This document shows positions 37,677 to 49,673 of a stretch of 64,000 nt of DNA, piece after piece. How positions within the stretch are numbered: the first letter of the stretch is position 1; the number at the start of each line of letters is the position of its first letter. This DNA comes from Macrostomum lignano. Taxonomy: Eukaryota. The translations under genes and the position numbers were made by a program. The DNA lies in assembly GCA_002269645.1 (NCBI GenBank), contig NIVC01003775.1:13429-77428 (forward strand). Reading direction: 5' to 3'. The notes under the pieces were generated by a model. The model ran no database searches. It saw nothing but the letters and a program-made list of their open reading frames with translations, and was not told where the DNA came from.

Positions 37677-39734
37677 CTGAATCGGATCTACTAGCAGCAG
37701 ATAGAATCGAACGAACTTGATTTAGAACCGCTTCCATGTGGCTGAAATTGCCAGTCGCGTTCGGAATTTCGCATGGTATTTTAATTTAAAATCTGCTGAG
37801 CATGCGCCTCATCTGCAAAATTGAGCTGCGGGTCTCTCGCGGGCCTGTGCAGCGGCTGTCGTGTTTTTGTCATGCAATTATTTTCGCCTCTAATTATCTA
37901 CAGGACTATATTGAAATTTTGCCTGTCAAAACAAAAAAAAATTAAAACGCGTCGTGGTATCCGTGATGTGCACTTCTTTAGCTCCTATATGCCATCATTT
38001 TTCCGCATTTTTAACAAAAAATTAACAAAAAGCAGAGAAAAGTTTATGCGAATAACAGGGTAATTCTGCCGATGTAGAGAGTTCGATTTTCAGGTGTTTT
38101 TTCACCTTATTTGATTGCTATTTTGATCGGCAATAGACTGATATATTTATTGTTAATTGTTGTTAATACGTGAGCATTGTATACTGATAGCTTAGCCAAT
38201 GATTAATCAGTTGTCATTCTCAACAAAAAGACCGGTTCAAATAATTTGCGCAGTTTCTGGATCCGCTTGCAGTGTGGAAATCTGCTTTGTATACTCATAG
38301 CTTTCTCACATGTTGTGCTTCGTGTGTCAAATCTCTCCAAAGCATTATATTAATTGTTTTTCTGTCTATGGTAATTTAGATTCCTGTTTAACCCAGAGAT
38401 ATCGATATGTTATATTTGTGATAAACCTGCCAGTGAGTCTTCTGTCTACCCTTTTGTCTACTCCTCTACCCGATATAATCAAACCGAACTCACACCTGTC
38501 CGCCTGTGAATATTATTTATAGAAATTACTCGATAAAAAAGTCGCTATTTTTGCTAAATGTTTTTTTCGTCTCCAATTTTCAAAACATTTTTAACTCGAT
38601 AGTAGAGAGCTGCAACCCCCTGTTTATCCTGCGTGTCTCTCAGTGTTTTACAGCGCGCTTTAATTTTCATTATTTATTTGACGTCTCGTCCTGTGATAAC
38701 CAGACCAATTTTAGCTATATTTTTCGATAGCAACAAATCTAATACTAATGTACGAGCGTAACTGCCTTCCTCTCTGACCCAGAGTTCCCCGGGAGATCTT
38801 GGGAGTGCGTTCGGGTGCAAGCGCACTGATTGCAGACCGAACAGAGGGGAGCCGTTCGCTCAGGTGCAAAAAGACATTGCCTTGCTTCAGAAGAGGACCC
38901 CCCTTGGTGTTCCTCTTGGCCACGCCCGCCCTTTAGCTACTTACCTGCGCTCACAGAGTTAATCCCAGAAAATATTCAATTAGATTCAGTTTTATCAATT
39001 CCACAGTTTTGCCATGCAAACGGTCGGTGTTGTTAATTAATTAATTATTCCAAAAACTGGAATTCAAAATTATATAACCAATGCGTTTAACTTGGATGTC
39101 AATGTTTTTTGTGTCTTTGGTGGCCTAATTTATGCAAATCACATTATATATTGATATATAGTGTACAAAATAATATATACGCGTTACCTGTGTAAATCGT
39201 AAACCCAACACTTGAATTTCATTGTCTGTAAGTCTGTGTATTATCGGTTGTTTAAACAAAACTCGTTATTTATTAAATAAATGCATATGCTAACAGACAC
39301 CAACCATGTCCCAGCTACTCCGCTGTGCTGTGCATCTCGTTTGTCTTCGTTATAACAAGAAAAATTGTCGGAGTGAAAAGCAAAATTTTGTGTCTTTATT
39401 AATCTTTTGTTTGCCCCAAACCATCTCATGGGACAGCTGCCAGATCTATGGAGATGGCTCCGTCATCATCCTTCCAGCAGCGTTTTGTTAAAAAAGTACG
39501 GATTTTAGTGATGAACAGCGTCACTGTTTGTCATTCTCTCTTTCCGCCTCTGCACCTTGTATCCTCCATTTACATGTAGTATCTTGCTTTTGGACTTAAC
39601 ACACTTGGACTTCATAAGCTCTTGCTAAGTTAGCAAGCAGAGGCAAACGGTTTGACATTGTGCAGTTCCGAGCTCATAAATTATTAAGCTTGTGAAGTGA
39701 AGATTTTAGGCTTGTGAAGCTTCCAACTATGCAA

Positions 39735-39925
39735 CTTGTGGATTATCAATATTGTGGATTATCGAGCTTGTGGATTATCGAGCTTGTGGATTATCGAGCT
39801 TGTGGATTATCGAGCTTTTGGATTATCGAGCTTGTGGATTATCGAGCCTGTGGATTATCGAGCTTGTGGATTATCGAGCTTGTGGATTATCGAGCTTGTG
39901 GATTATCGAGGATTATCGAACTTGT
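39735..39925. repeat. 16-bp minisatellite
   Basis: TTGTGGATTATCGAGC, about 11 copies. Confidence 0.95.
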
Positions 39926-40515
39926 GGGACAGGTACCAGTTAGTTTGAGCTGCGCAGCATAAACGTAACAAGATAATTTTATTACAAAAAATTGAAGTTG
40001 ATGGTTATAAAATTGCCCCTACGGAGGATCGGGAGAGCCGTCAAATATTGGGGCCTGGAGAAACACCTGGGTGTGAACAGGTGGCATAATTAACAAAAAA
40101 ATCAAACCTAATCAGAAATGTAAATGTAATTAAATGTAAAATACGAGCGACTTCAGAATCCAAAATAACGAAGTTAGATCACAGTTTCGAGTCGAGATCG
40201 GTTCAGGTGTTTGTGAGCGGCTTCAGACTCTTCGAATAATTAATTGCAGTGCCGCTGCGCTCTCCGGTTCGACTGGAGCAGGCCGATCGCACAATGTCCC
40301 GGCTGTGAAATCAATTATTTAGACAATATTGAATTCTGGACAATAACAGAATACTTTCAAGCGCAATTCTGGCATTGAAACAGCGGAAGGATGTCCGGTT
40401 GTGGGGTTTCGGACACCCTGGGAAATTATTGGACACTTGGGTGGGGATAAGGGGAGGACGGACAGGGGTATCTGGGGGTATTGGTGAAATGAAAAGTGGA
40501 AAATTGAATTAAGAA

Positions 40516-40845
40516 ATGAGACACCTGGGCGAATAGGGAACACAGGGGAATTGAGACACCTGGGCGAACAGGGAACACAGGGGAATTGAGACACCTGGGC
40601 GAACAGGGAACGCAAGGGAATTGAGACACCTGGGCGAACAGGGAACACAGGGGAATTGAGACACCTGGGCGAACAGGGAACACAGGGGAATTGAGACACC
40701 TGGGCGAATAGGGAACACATGGGAATTGAGACACCTGGGCGAAAAGGGAACACAGGGGAATTGAGACACCTGGGCGAACAGGGAACACAGGGGAATTGAG
40801 ACACCTGGGCGAATAGGGAACGCAGGGGAATTGAGACACCTGGAG
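40516..40845. repeat. 35-bp minisatellite, GGGCGAA subtype
   Basis: GAGACACCTGGGCGAACAGGGAACACAGGGGAATT, about 9 copies. Confidence 0.95.
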
Positions 40846-41375
40846 GAACAGGGATCAAAATTATACACACAGCTAAATATATGCTTTACTAAGATTGCTA
40901 CAAGGTCCGGGCCTTGGTCCGGGCCCTGAGATAATTACGGGATTCCGCAATGGGCGGGGCGGAAGCTGCTCCGTGATAAATGATTTTCAAATCCCTCCCA
41001 AGCGAGACTGCCAGGGCACGGAGGTTCGAGTCTGAATGCCCCTCATTTCCTGTCGCCCCGCCGCTGAGTAGCAATATTCGGGCTGAGTCTCACTCAAATC
41101 ACCATTTCTAATAATAGCAACGCAAATTGAATTGAAAATCTGCCAAAGCTTCCCCGCGAAACTGCTTTAGCCTTTGGGAAATCATGCTTTGTAGATTATT
41201 TTGCTTTCACTGCGCCTGTTGCTGATTTTGTTTTGAGCAAATTTCTCGATACTGTTCTCTACAGTGTCTAACACATTTCCTCTCCCTTTCCCTACCTCTC
41301 TACTCTCTCTTCCCTCCCTCTACTCTCCCTCTCTCTCTACTCTCTCTGCCCTCCCTCTACTCTCTCTCCCCACCG

Positions 41376-41444
<69 letters not shown>

Positions 41445-41913
41445 CGACTCTACTCTCCCTTTCTCCACCCTCTACTCTCATTCCCTCGATCCCTCTACTA
41501 TCCCTTTCCCCACCCTCCACTATCTCTGTCCACACCCCTCTACTCTCCCTTTCTCCACCCTCTACTCCCCCTCTCCCCACCTCTCTACTCTCTCCCCCAC
41601 CTCTCTACTCTCCCTTTTCACTGTGATTGAACCCAAGCAATCACAGAGAGATCAGTTCCGCTCCCCAGTTCACTCTTGCATTAAATTTCCGGTGCAATCT
41701 GAGACCAAAAGACAAAAGCAAATCCGCTACAAGCCTGCCCCCAAAGCGCAAAATTAATTTTGCTAGTTGAAGCTTGCAGAGCAGTCTAGAAGTGGTGGTC
41801 TGGACTGAGCAAGGAGGCCTGGCACCACCGCAGTACACAATCAGGAAGTGGATCAGGTGAATTCAAACATAAAAGTGAGTATATTTAAGTAGACCTGTCT
41901 ATAGATTTCATAC

Positions 41914-41981
41914 ATAACGACTCTGAAAACGCATCGATAATATTTCGCGAGGCACTGGAGTACGGCAATGAAAATATTCTA
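41914..41981 (-). CDS. Putative orphan membrane protein, post-TM exon
   Basis: tttttaag|T ... TTA T|gtatga; (C)RIFSLPYSSASRNIIDAFSESL; phase-compatible with the TM exon. Confidence 0.4.
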
Positions 41982-42093
41982 CTTAAAAACACGAAAATAT
42001 TATATTGCGTTTACCCATTATTCAACTAACATGCACACTAGTCTACTTATAACTGCCAGTAAGTAGACAGTATAGCATATGAATTGCACTCAC

Positions 42094-42208
42094 CAGATTA
42101 GCACCAATGCAGCGCATGCGGTGGCTACAAACAGAACCACAGCTGCTCCCATCGGGATGGTCCACAGGGCGAGAACTGCCTCACTGTGGGCCTGATTGCT
42201 GGCGGCAC
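42094..42208 (-). CDS. Putative orphan membrane protein, transmembrane exon
   Basis: aagcag|GT ... ATC TG|gtgagt; AASNQAHSEAVLALWTIPMGAAVVLFVATACAALVLI contains a hydrophobic helix of about 23 aa. Confidence 0.6.
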
Positions 42209-42261
42209 CTGCTTGACAGCACGTGGGGGGGGGTTAAACACCTGCGTGGGATGGGAGAACA

Positions 42262-43035
42262 GGGAACACTGGGGGAATTTAGACACCTGGTGGCCAAACA
42301 GGGAACACAAGGGAATTGAGACACCTGGGCAAACAGGGAACACAAGGGAATTGAGACACCTGGGCAAACAGGGAACACAAGGGAATGGAGACACCTGGGC
42401 AAACAGGGAACACAAGGGAATTGAGACACCTGGGCAAACAGGGAACACAGGGGAATGGAGACACCTGGGCAAACAGGGAACACAAGGGAATGGAGACACC
42501 TGGGCAAACAGGGAACACAGGGGAATTGAGACACCTGGGCAAACAGGGAACACAGGGGAATTGAGACACCTGGGCAAACAGGGAACACAAGGGAATTGAG
42601 ACACCTGGGCAAACAGGGAACACAGGGGAATGGAGACACCTGGGCAAACAGGGAACACAGGGGAATCGAGACACCTGGGCAAACTGGCAAACTGAGAACA
42701 CAGGGGAATGGAGACACCTGGGCAAACAGGGAACACATGGGAATTGAGACACCTGGGCAAACAGGGAACACAGGGGAATCGAGACACCTGGGCAACCTGA
42801 GAACACAAGGGAATCGAGACACCTGGGCAAACAGGGAACACAGGGGAATCGAGACACCTGGGCAACCTGAGAACACAAGGGAATTGAGACACCTGGGCAA
42901 ACAGGGAACACAGGGGAATTGAGACACCTGGGCAAACAGGGGAACACAGGGGAATCGAGACACCTGGGCAAACAGGGAACACAGGGGAATCGAGACACCT
43001 GGGCAAACAGGGAACACAAGGGAATCGAGACACCT
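42262..43035. repeat. 35-bp intronic minisatellite, GGGCAAA subtype
   Basis: GAGACACCTGGGCAAACAGGGAACACA(A/G)GGGAAT(T/G/C), about 22 copies. Confidence 0.95.
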
Positions 43036-43063
43036 AGAACAGCTAAAAGATGCAATATCCTAC

Positions 43064-43253
43064 CTTGAGCAGAAGACCTCTGTCCACCAAAATATTGCTC
43101 CATCACATGAGCTTTGATTTTTGTTCGAACAGTAGAAATAATTTTCCCAGTGGAAAGAAAGTCAGCTTCGAGCGTGCCAGGCAGTTTCCCGCTCTCATAA
43201 CGCAGCCCCACAGTGCACAGATGCAGTACAAGAATTACGGAATTAGTTGCAGC
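43064..43253 (-). CDS. Putative orphan membrane protein, exon
   Basis: tttgtccctcctatag|GCT ... CAA G|gtagga; AATNSVILVLHLCTVGLRYESGKLPGTLEADFLSTGKIISTVRTKIKAHVMEQYFGGQRSSAQ. Confidence 0.6.
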
Positions 43254-43296
43254 CTATAGGAGGGACAAACAGAAAATCTTGCCAATCAAAATTCAC

Positions 43297-43412
43297 AAGG
43301 CAGCTGTTCCATAGCTGGGGATTGTGTAGAGTTAGTGAGGATTTCCTTGTCTGCTTGCATAGCATATTGAGCGATGTGCAGAGAATGTCAAGCCTATTCT
43401 TTCGAGGCGTCG
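43297..43412 (-). CDS. Putative orphan membrane protein, exon
   Basis: gtatag|CG ... CTT|gtgaat, followed by a 43-nt intron; TPRKNRLDILCTSLNMLCKQTRKSSLTLHNPQLWNSCL. Confidence 0.5.
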
Positions 43413-43524
43413 CTATACATGTACATGTATATATTAGGAAATGTAAATTGCATTTGAGCAATGGAGCTCTTTCAGATAAGGGTGGTGAATCTATGAAAGG
43501 AGTTGAGAGCGATTATAGTAGACG

Positions 43525-45905
43525 GGGTGAGAGTAAGATTGAGACTGATGGAGGGGTGAGAGTGAGATTGAGACTGATGGAAGGGTGAGAGTGAGATTGA
43601 GACTGATGGAGGGGTGAGAGTGAGATTGAGACTGATGGAGGGGTGAGAGTGAGATTGAGACTGATGGAGGGGTGAGAGTGAGATTGAGACTGGTGGAGGG
43701 GTGAGAGTGAGATTGAGACTGGTAGAGGGGTGAGAGTGAGATTGAGACTGGTGGAGGGGTGAGAGTGAGATTGAGACTGATGGAGGGGCGAGAGTGAGAT
43801 TGAGACTGGTGGAAGGGTGAGAGTGAGATTGAGACTGGTGGAAGGGTGAGAGTGAGATTGAGACTGGTGGAGGGGTGAGAGTGAGATTGAGACTGGTGGA
43901 GGGGTGAGAGTGAGATTGAGACTGATGGAGGGGCGAGAGTGAGATTGAGACTGATGGAGGGGTGAGAGTGAGATTGAGACTGGTGGAGGGGTGAGAGTGA
44001 GATTGAGACTGATGGAGGGGTGAGAGTGAGATTGAGACTGATGGAGGGGTGAGAGTGAGATTGAGACTGATGGAGGGGTGAGAGTGAGATTGAGACTGGT
44101 GGAGGGGTGAGAGTGAGATTGAGACTGGTGGAGGGGTGAGAGTGAGATTGAGACTGATGGAGGGGCGAGAGTGAGATTGAGACTGGTGGAAGGGTGAGAG
44201 TGAGATTGAGACTGGTGGAAGGGTGAGAGTGAGATTGAGACTGGTGGAGGGGTGAGAGTGAGATTGAGACTGGTGGAGGGGTGAGAGTGAGATTGAGACT
44301 GATGGAGGGGCGAGAGTGAGATTGAGACTGATGGAGGGGTGAGAGTGAGATTGAGACTGGTGGAGGGGTGAGAGTGAGATTGAGACTGATGGAGGGGTGA
44401 GAGTGAGATTGAGACTGGTGGAGGGGTGAGAGTAAGATTGAGACTGATGGAGGGGTGAGAGTGAGATTGAGACTGATGGAGGGGTGAGAGTGAGATTGAG
44501 ACTGATGGAGGGGTGAGAGTGAGATTGAGACTGGTGGAGGGGTGAGAGTGAGATTGAGACTGGTGGAGGGGTGAGAGTGAGATTGAGACTGATGGAGGGG
44601 CGAGAGTGAGATTGAGACTGGTGGAAGGGTGAGAGTGAGATTGAGACTGGTGGAAGGGTGAGAGTGAGATTGAGACTGGTGGAGGGGTGAGAGTGAGATT
44701 GAGACTGGTGGAGGGGTGAGAGTGAGATTGAGACTGATGGAGGGGCGAGAGTGAGATTGAGACTGATGGAGGGGTGAGAGTGAGATTGAGACTGGTGGAG
44801 GGGTGAGAGTGAGATTGAGACTGATGGAGGGGTGAGAGTGAGATTGAGACTGGTGGAGGGGTGAGAGTAAGATTGAGACTGATGGAGGGGTGAGAGTGAG
44901 ATTGAGACTGATGGAGGGGTGAGAGTGAGATTGAGACTGATGGAGGGGTGAGAGTGAGATTGAGACTGGTGGAGGGGTGAGAGTGAGATTGAGACTGATA
45001 GAGGGGTGAGAGTGAGATTGAGACTGATGGAGGGGTGAGAGTGAGATTGAGACTGGTGGAGGGGTGAGAGTGAGATTGAGACTGGTGGAAGGGTGAGAGT
45101 GAGATTGAGACTGGTGGAGGGGTGAGAGTGAGATTGAGACTGGTGGAGGGGTGAGAGTGAGATTGAGACTGGTGGAGGGGTGAGAGTGAGATTGAGACTG
45201 GTGGAGGGGTGAGAGTGAGATTGAGACTGGTGGAGGGGTGAGAGTGAGATTGAGACTGGTGGAGGGGTGAGAGTGAGATTGAGACTGGTGGAGGGGTGAG
45301 AGTGAGATTGAGACTGGTGGAGGGGTGAGAGTGAGATTGAGACTGGTGGAGGGGTGAGAGTGAGATTGAGACTGGTGGAAGGGTGAGAGTGAGATTGAGA
45401 CTGGTGGAGGGGTGAGAGTGAGATTGAGACTGGTGGAGGGGTGAGAGTGAGATTGAGACTGGTGGAGGGGTGAGAGTGAGATTGAGACTGGTGGAGGGGT
45501 GAGAGTGAGATTGAGACTGGTGGAGGGGTGAGAGTGAGATTGAGACTGGTGGAGGGGTGAGAGTGAGATTGAGACTGATAGAGGGGCGAGAGTGAGATTG
45601 AGACTGATGGAGGGGCGAGAGTGAGATTGAGTCAAAGAAAAAGGTGAGATTAAGTCGGTGATAAAAGGTGAGATTGAGTCGATGATAAAAGGTGAGATTG
45701 AGGGGATCATAAAAGGTGAGATTGAGGGGATCATAAAAGGTGAGATTGAGTGGATCATAAAAGGTAAGATTGAGTGGATCATAAAAGGTGAGATTGATTG
45801 GATCATGAAAGGTGAGATTGAGTGGATCATAAAAGGTGAGATTGAGTGGATCATAAAAAGTGAGATTGAGTGGATCATAAAAAGTGAGATTGAGTGGATC
45901 ATAAA
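43525..45905. repeat. 29-bp minisatellite (43525-45630) grading into a 24-bp variant (45631-45905)
   Basis: GAGAGTGAGATTGAGACTG(G/A)TGGAGGGGT, about 72 copies, then AAAAGGTGAGATTGAGTGGATCAT. Confidence 0.95.
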
Positions 45906-45943
45906 AGGTGTAGCAGTGAAGCTGCAGGTTAAAAAGAGATTAC

Positions 45944-46016
45944 ATAAGAGGCGGCTCCTTGAAGAGTGACTGACACAAGTCGTTTCCCAGGAGACGATGG
46001 TGAGACGTGAGTGCAT
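45944..46016 (-). CDS. Putative orphan membrane protein, tentative first exon
   Basis: ATG at 46016; donor TTA T|gtaatc, phase 1, compatible with the exon starting at 43412. Weak support. Confidence 0.25.
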
Positions 46017-46685
46017 GTTGAGAGAGCAAAGCAATATTGCAGTTAAATGCAGACTAATTTCCCAAAAGCAAACAGCGTGTGAGAGTGTGAACGAGAGAGT
46101 GAAAATTGCTTTTCACAAAAGAAGTAGCTCGTAACAAGCAATAGAAAACCAACCCAGAGGCTAAAAAAGGGATTGGAGAAACACTTGGCAGATCGGGCAG
46201 TCATTCATCAAATTCATGCAGCCTTTGACTTCAGCAATTGAAGGGCAGCGTATAACCGCGCTGGCAAACCGCCTCGCTTTTCTACTGGCTTGAGGATCAA
46301 AGGAAATGCGTAATTAGAAACCAGCGAACACACATGTGGTGCACAGCTAGCGTAATAGCCTCTCTACAATGGGAATTGAAGCAGCCAGTATACGAACTAT
46401 CTTCTAATTACGAGCGTACTTTAGTAGATAAATTAATTATAAAGATTAGAAACGAGAAAAGTAACTTTATTGCTAATATTAGCAATTAATTAGTCAATGC
46501 AACAACATCGCATAAAAAAGTTATATTATTTGTACATATTCCAGCTGCTACTTATGGAGACTACTAACAGTAGGCTTGCATGCAATTTACTTTAGAAAGT
46601 ACAAAAAGAAGATTAAAGGAACAAATATTATACAATAGTATTAACAAGGTGATACTTAAATTTTATTAATAGGACGTTTCTCTCC

Positions 46686-47462
46686 AGGTGGACTATCGGG
46701 GCGATTCTCTCTCAGTGGATTATCGGGGCGATTCTCCCACAATGGATTATCGAGGCGATTATCTCAGAGTGGATTATCGGGGCGATTATCTCACAGTGGA
46801 TTATCGGGGCGATTCTCTCTCAGTGGATTATCGGGGCGATTCTCCCACAATGGATTATCGAGGCGATTATCTCAGAGTGGATTATCGGGGCGATTATCTC
46901 ACAGTGGATTATCGGGCCGATTCACACACAGTGGATTATCGGGGCGATTCTCCCACAATGGATTATCGGGGCTATTCTCTCTCAGTGGATTATCGGGGCG
47001 ATTCTCTCACAGTGGACTATCGGGCGATTCTCTCTCGGTGGATTATCGGGGCGATTCTCTTTCAGTGGATTATCGGGGCGATTCTCTCAGTGGATTATCG
47101 GGACGATTCTCCCACAATGGATTATCGGGGCGATTCTCTCTCAGTGGATTATAGGGGCGATTCTCCCACAATGGATTATCGAGGCGATTCTCTTTCAGTG
47201 GATTATCGAAGCGAGTCCCTTACAGTGGATTATCGGGGACGGGGAGATTCTCTCACAGTGGACTATCTGGGCGATTCTCTTTCAGTGGATTATCGGGGCG
47301 ATTATCTCACAGTGGATTATCGGGCGATTATCTCACAGTGGATTATCGGGGCGATAATCTCACAGTGGATTATCGAGGCGATTCTCTTTCAGTGGATTAT
47401 CGGGGCGAGTCCCTTACAGTGGATTATCGGGGCGATTATCTCACAGTGGATTATCGGGGCGA
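46686..47462. repeat. ~27-bp minisatellite just downstream of the MED23 stop
   Basis: CAGTGGATTATCGGGGCGATTCTCTCT variants. Confidence 0.95.
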
Positions 47463-47509
47463 TTCTCCCTAAGTCACCGGGAGCCAGTCTTCAGACTGAG
47501 CTTTCAGAC

Positions 47510-47860
47510 TCAGTTTTCAGACTGAGCGGGAAAGTTGGGCGCATCGGCCGGTCCGTCAGGCTGGTGACCCGGCGCGATGGACCGTAGTCGGCTCTGCATG
47601 GACGGGCTCAACCGCTCGATGACACTGGAGGCGACTCGACGAACCCCGTCGCCGACAAACATGTACTTGATGTGATAGAAATAGTCAGCTAGGGCGTCCT
47701 GGTGCTCAAGACGGCCGGAGCAGGCGGCGTCCACCTCAGCCAGACAGTGGTAGAGCTCGGCCACCAGCTCGTTCTGCACCGAGTTGCAGGCCCGGAGCAG
47801 ATCGGCGAATAGGGGGCCGATGAGGTGGCAGGACAGCAGCAGCTGGGCCTCGCAGCGGAC
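47510..47860 (-). CDS. MED23: Mediator subunit 23, terminal exon
   Basis: cgcag|GTC; CEAQLLLSCHLIGP...DYFYHIKYMFVGD.V...L.PSMQSRLR matches MED23 TEFQLLYVYHLVGP...DFLYHMKYMFTGD...LKLRLR; stop at 47510. Confidence 0.92.
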   Translation of the reverse strand, partial: VRCEAQLLLSCHLIGPLFADLLRACNSVQNELVAELYHCLAEVDAACSGRLEHQDALADYFYHIKYMFVGDGVRRVASSVIERLSPSMQSRLRSIAPGHQPDGPADAPNFPAQSEN

Positions 47861-47894
47861 CTGCGGGTTTTTTGGTTGGAGATTGATGGCAGGT

Positions 47895-48730
47895 GAATAT
47901 GGGATTGTGGGATTATTGGGGTATGGGATATGGGATTCTGAGGGTATGGAATCTGGGATTTTGAGGTTATAGGATTCTTGGAGTACGGGATCTGGGATTC
48001 TGAGGTTATAGGAATCTTTGAGTACGGGATCTGGGATTCTGAGGTTATAGGAATCTTTGAGTACGGGATCTGGGATTCTGAGGGTATGGGATTCCTGGGG
48101 TACGGGATCTGGGATTCTGAGGGTATGGGATTCCTGGGGTACGGGATCTGGGATTCTGAGGGTATGGGATTCCTAGGGTACGGGATCTGGGATTCTGAGG
48201 GTATGGGATTCTTGGGGTACGGGATCTGGGATTCTGAGGGTCTGGGATTCCTGGGGTATGGAATCTGGGATTCTGAGGTTATGGGATTCTTGGGGTACAG
48301 GATCTGGGATTTTGAGGGTATGTGATTTTTGGGGTACGGGATCTGGGATTCTGAGGGTATGGGATTCTTGGGTACGGGATCTGGGATTCTGAGGGTATGG
48401 GATTCCAGGGGTACGGGATCTGGGATTCTGAGGGTATGGGATTCCTAGGGTACGGGATCTGGGATTCTGAGGGTATGGGATTCTTGGGGTACGGGATCTG
48501 GGATTCTGAGGGTATGGGATTCCTGGGGTACAGGATCTGGGATTCTGAGGGTCTGGGATTCTTGGGGTATGGAATCTGGGATTCTGAGGTTATGGGATTC
48601 TTGGGGTACAGGATCTGGGATTTTGAGGGTATGGGATTTTGGGGTACGAGATCTGGGATTCTGAGGGTATGGGATTCTTGGGGTACGGGATCTGGGATTC
48701 TGAGGGTATGGGATTCTTAGGGTACGGGGT
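47895..48730. repeat. 39-bp intronic minisatellite (five GGG tracts per unit)
   Basis: GGGTACGGGATCTGGGATTCTGAGGGTATGGGATTCCTG. Confidence 0.95.
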
Positions 48731-48794
48731 TTTTGATTCTGGGATTTAAATCATAGGATCTAACAGTTAAAAATATGACAGTTACGGGAGTCAC

Positions 48795-48990
48795 CTTAGC
48801 CCTAACACTGTGCCTGAAGAACACTGGCAGTTGGGCGACTCTGCCAGGTCCGGCGTGGCTGAGGTAGGCGAACCACAGGCAAACCTCTGGCCGGCTGGCC
48901 AACTCGTGTCCGAGAGCTTTGTGGGGCGCCGCTCCGGACAGCTGATCGTACAGAGCCAGCAATGGCTGCTGAACCAGGCGAGTTGTGAAC
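48795..48990 (-). CDS. MED23: Mediator subunit 23, exon
   Basis: catag|G ... AAG|gtgact; CLWFAYLSHAGPGRVAQLPVFFRHSV corresponds to AHAVWHHSSIGQLSLIPKFLTEV. Confidence 0.85.
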
Positions 48991-49084
48991 CTATGGGGTC
49001 GGGGCAGAGACAAAGAGAGACAATCTAATGAATGGAATTGTGACAAACTGAGGTACTTTTATACTACTTACAATGAACTACTAT

Positions 49085-49382
49085 TCCACCTCACAATGAC
49101 CTCATTTGACCCTTAATAGTCGTAGGCTACCATTCCACCTCACAATGGCATGACCTTATTTGACCCTAAAGAGTCGTAGGCTACTACTAATTAACTTCAC
49201 AATGACCTCAATTAACCCCAAGAGTCGTAGGCTACTTATCTACCTCAAAATGACCTCATTTGACCCCTAAGAGTCGCAGGCTATACTATTCCATCTTACA
49301 ATGACCTCATTTGACCCCAATAGTCGAAGGCTACCATTTAATCTCACAATTACCTCATTTGACCCTAAGAGTCGTAGGCTAC
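49085..49382. repeat. TGACCTCATTTGACCC minisatellite, left part (split by the Gypsy insertion)
   Basis: ~50-bp units AATGACCTCATTTGACCC..GAGTCGTAGGCTAC; the array resumes at 53671. Confidence 0.9.
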
Positions 49383-49595
49383 TGTTGATTTTGAAGGCAC
49401 AGACACTATAACACCAATTTTGATGTAGCCTTTAGCTAACTCGGTAATTTCTTAAGTGCTCCAGTTGAGCAGCTGTCACTATCACTTTTATTTATTGTGG
49501 CCTTAGAACGAGGCACCGCTCATTCAAGTTGTACTGTAATGCTAGTGGCGGTCATGCCATAGATAAAAGTCTATATCAAATTAATACATCTAACA
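49383..49595 (-). repeat. 3' LTR of Mag-like element
   Basis: TGTT...AACA, 213 bp, adjacent to the PPT. Confidence 0.95.
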
Positions 49596-49673
49596 CTCCT
49601 TCCCGATAGTTTCTGCAACTGTCCGAGTTCACTCCAGTTCACGCGCAATCCGGGCTTCCTAAAGTTGAGTAGT

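Noticed and set aside
38711-39491. Minus-strand donor gcag|gtaagt near 38945 and short ORFs
   Set aside because: No coherent exon chain or recognisable product.
42125-46034. ORFs of 278-847 aa
   Set aside because: Almost entirely 35-bp and 29-bp satellite translations. Only short unique parts overlap the putative membrane-protein exons.
46688-48720. VDYRGDS and GYGIWDSEGMGFL repeat proteins on plus
   Set aside because: Translations of the 27-bp and 39-bp arrays, antisense to MED23.
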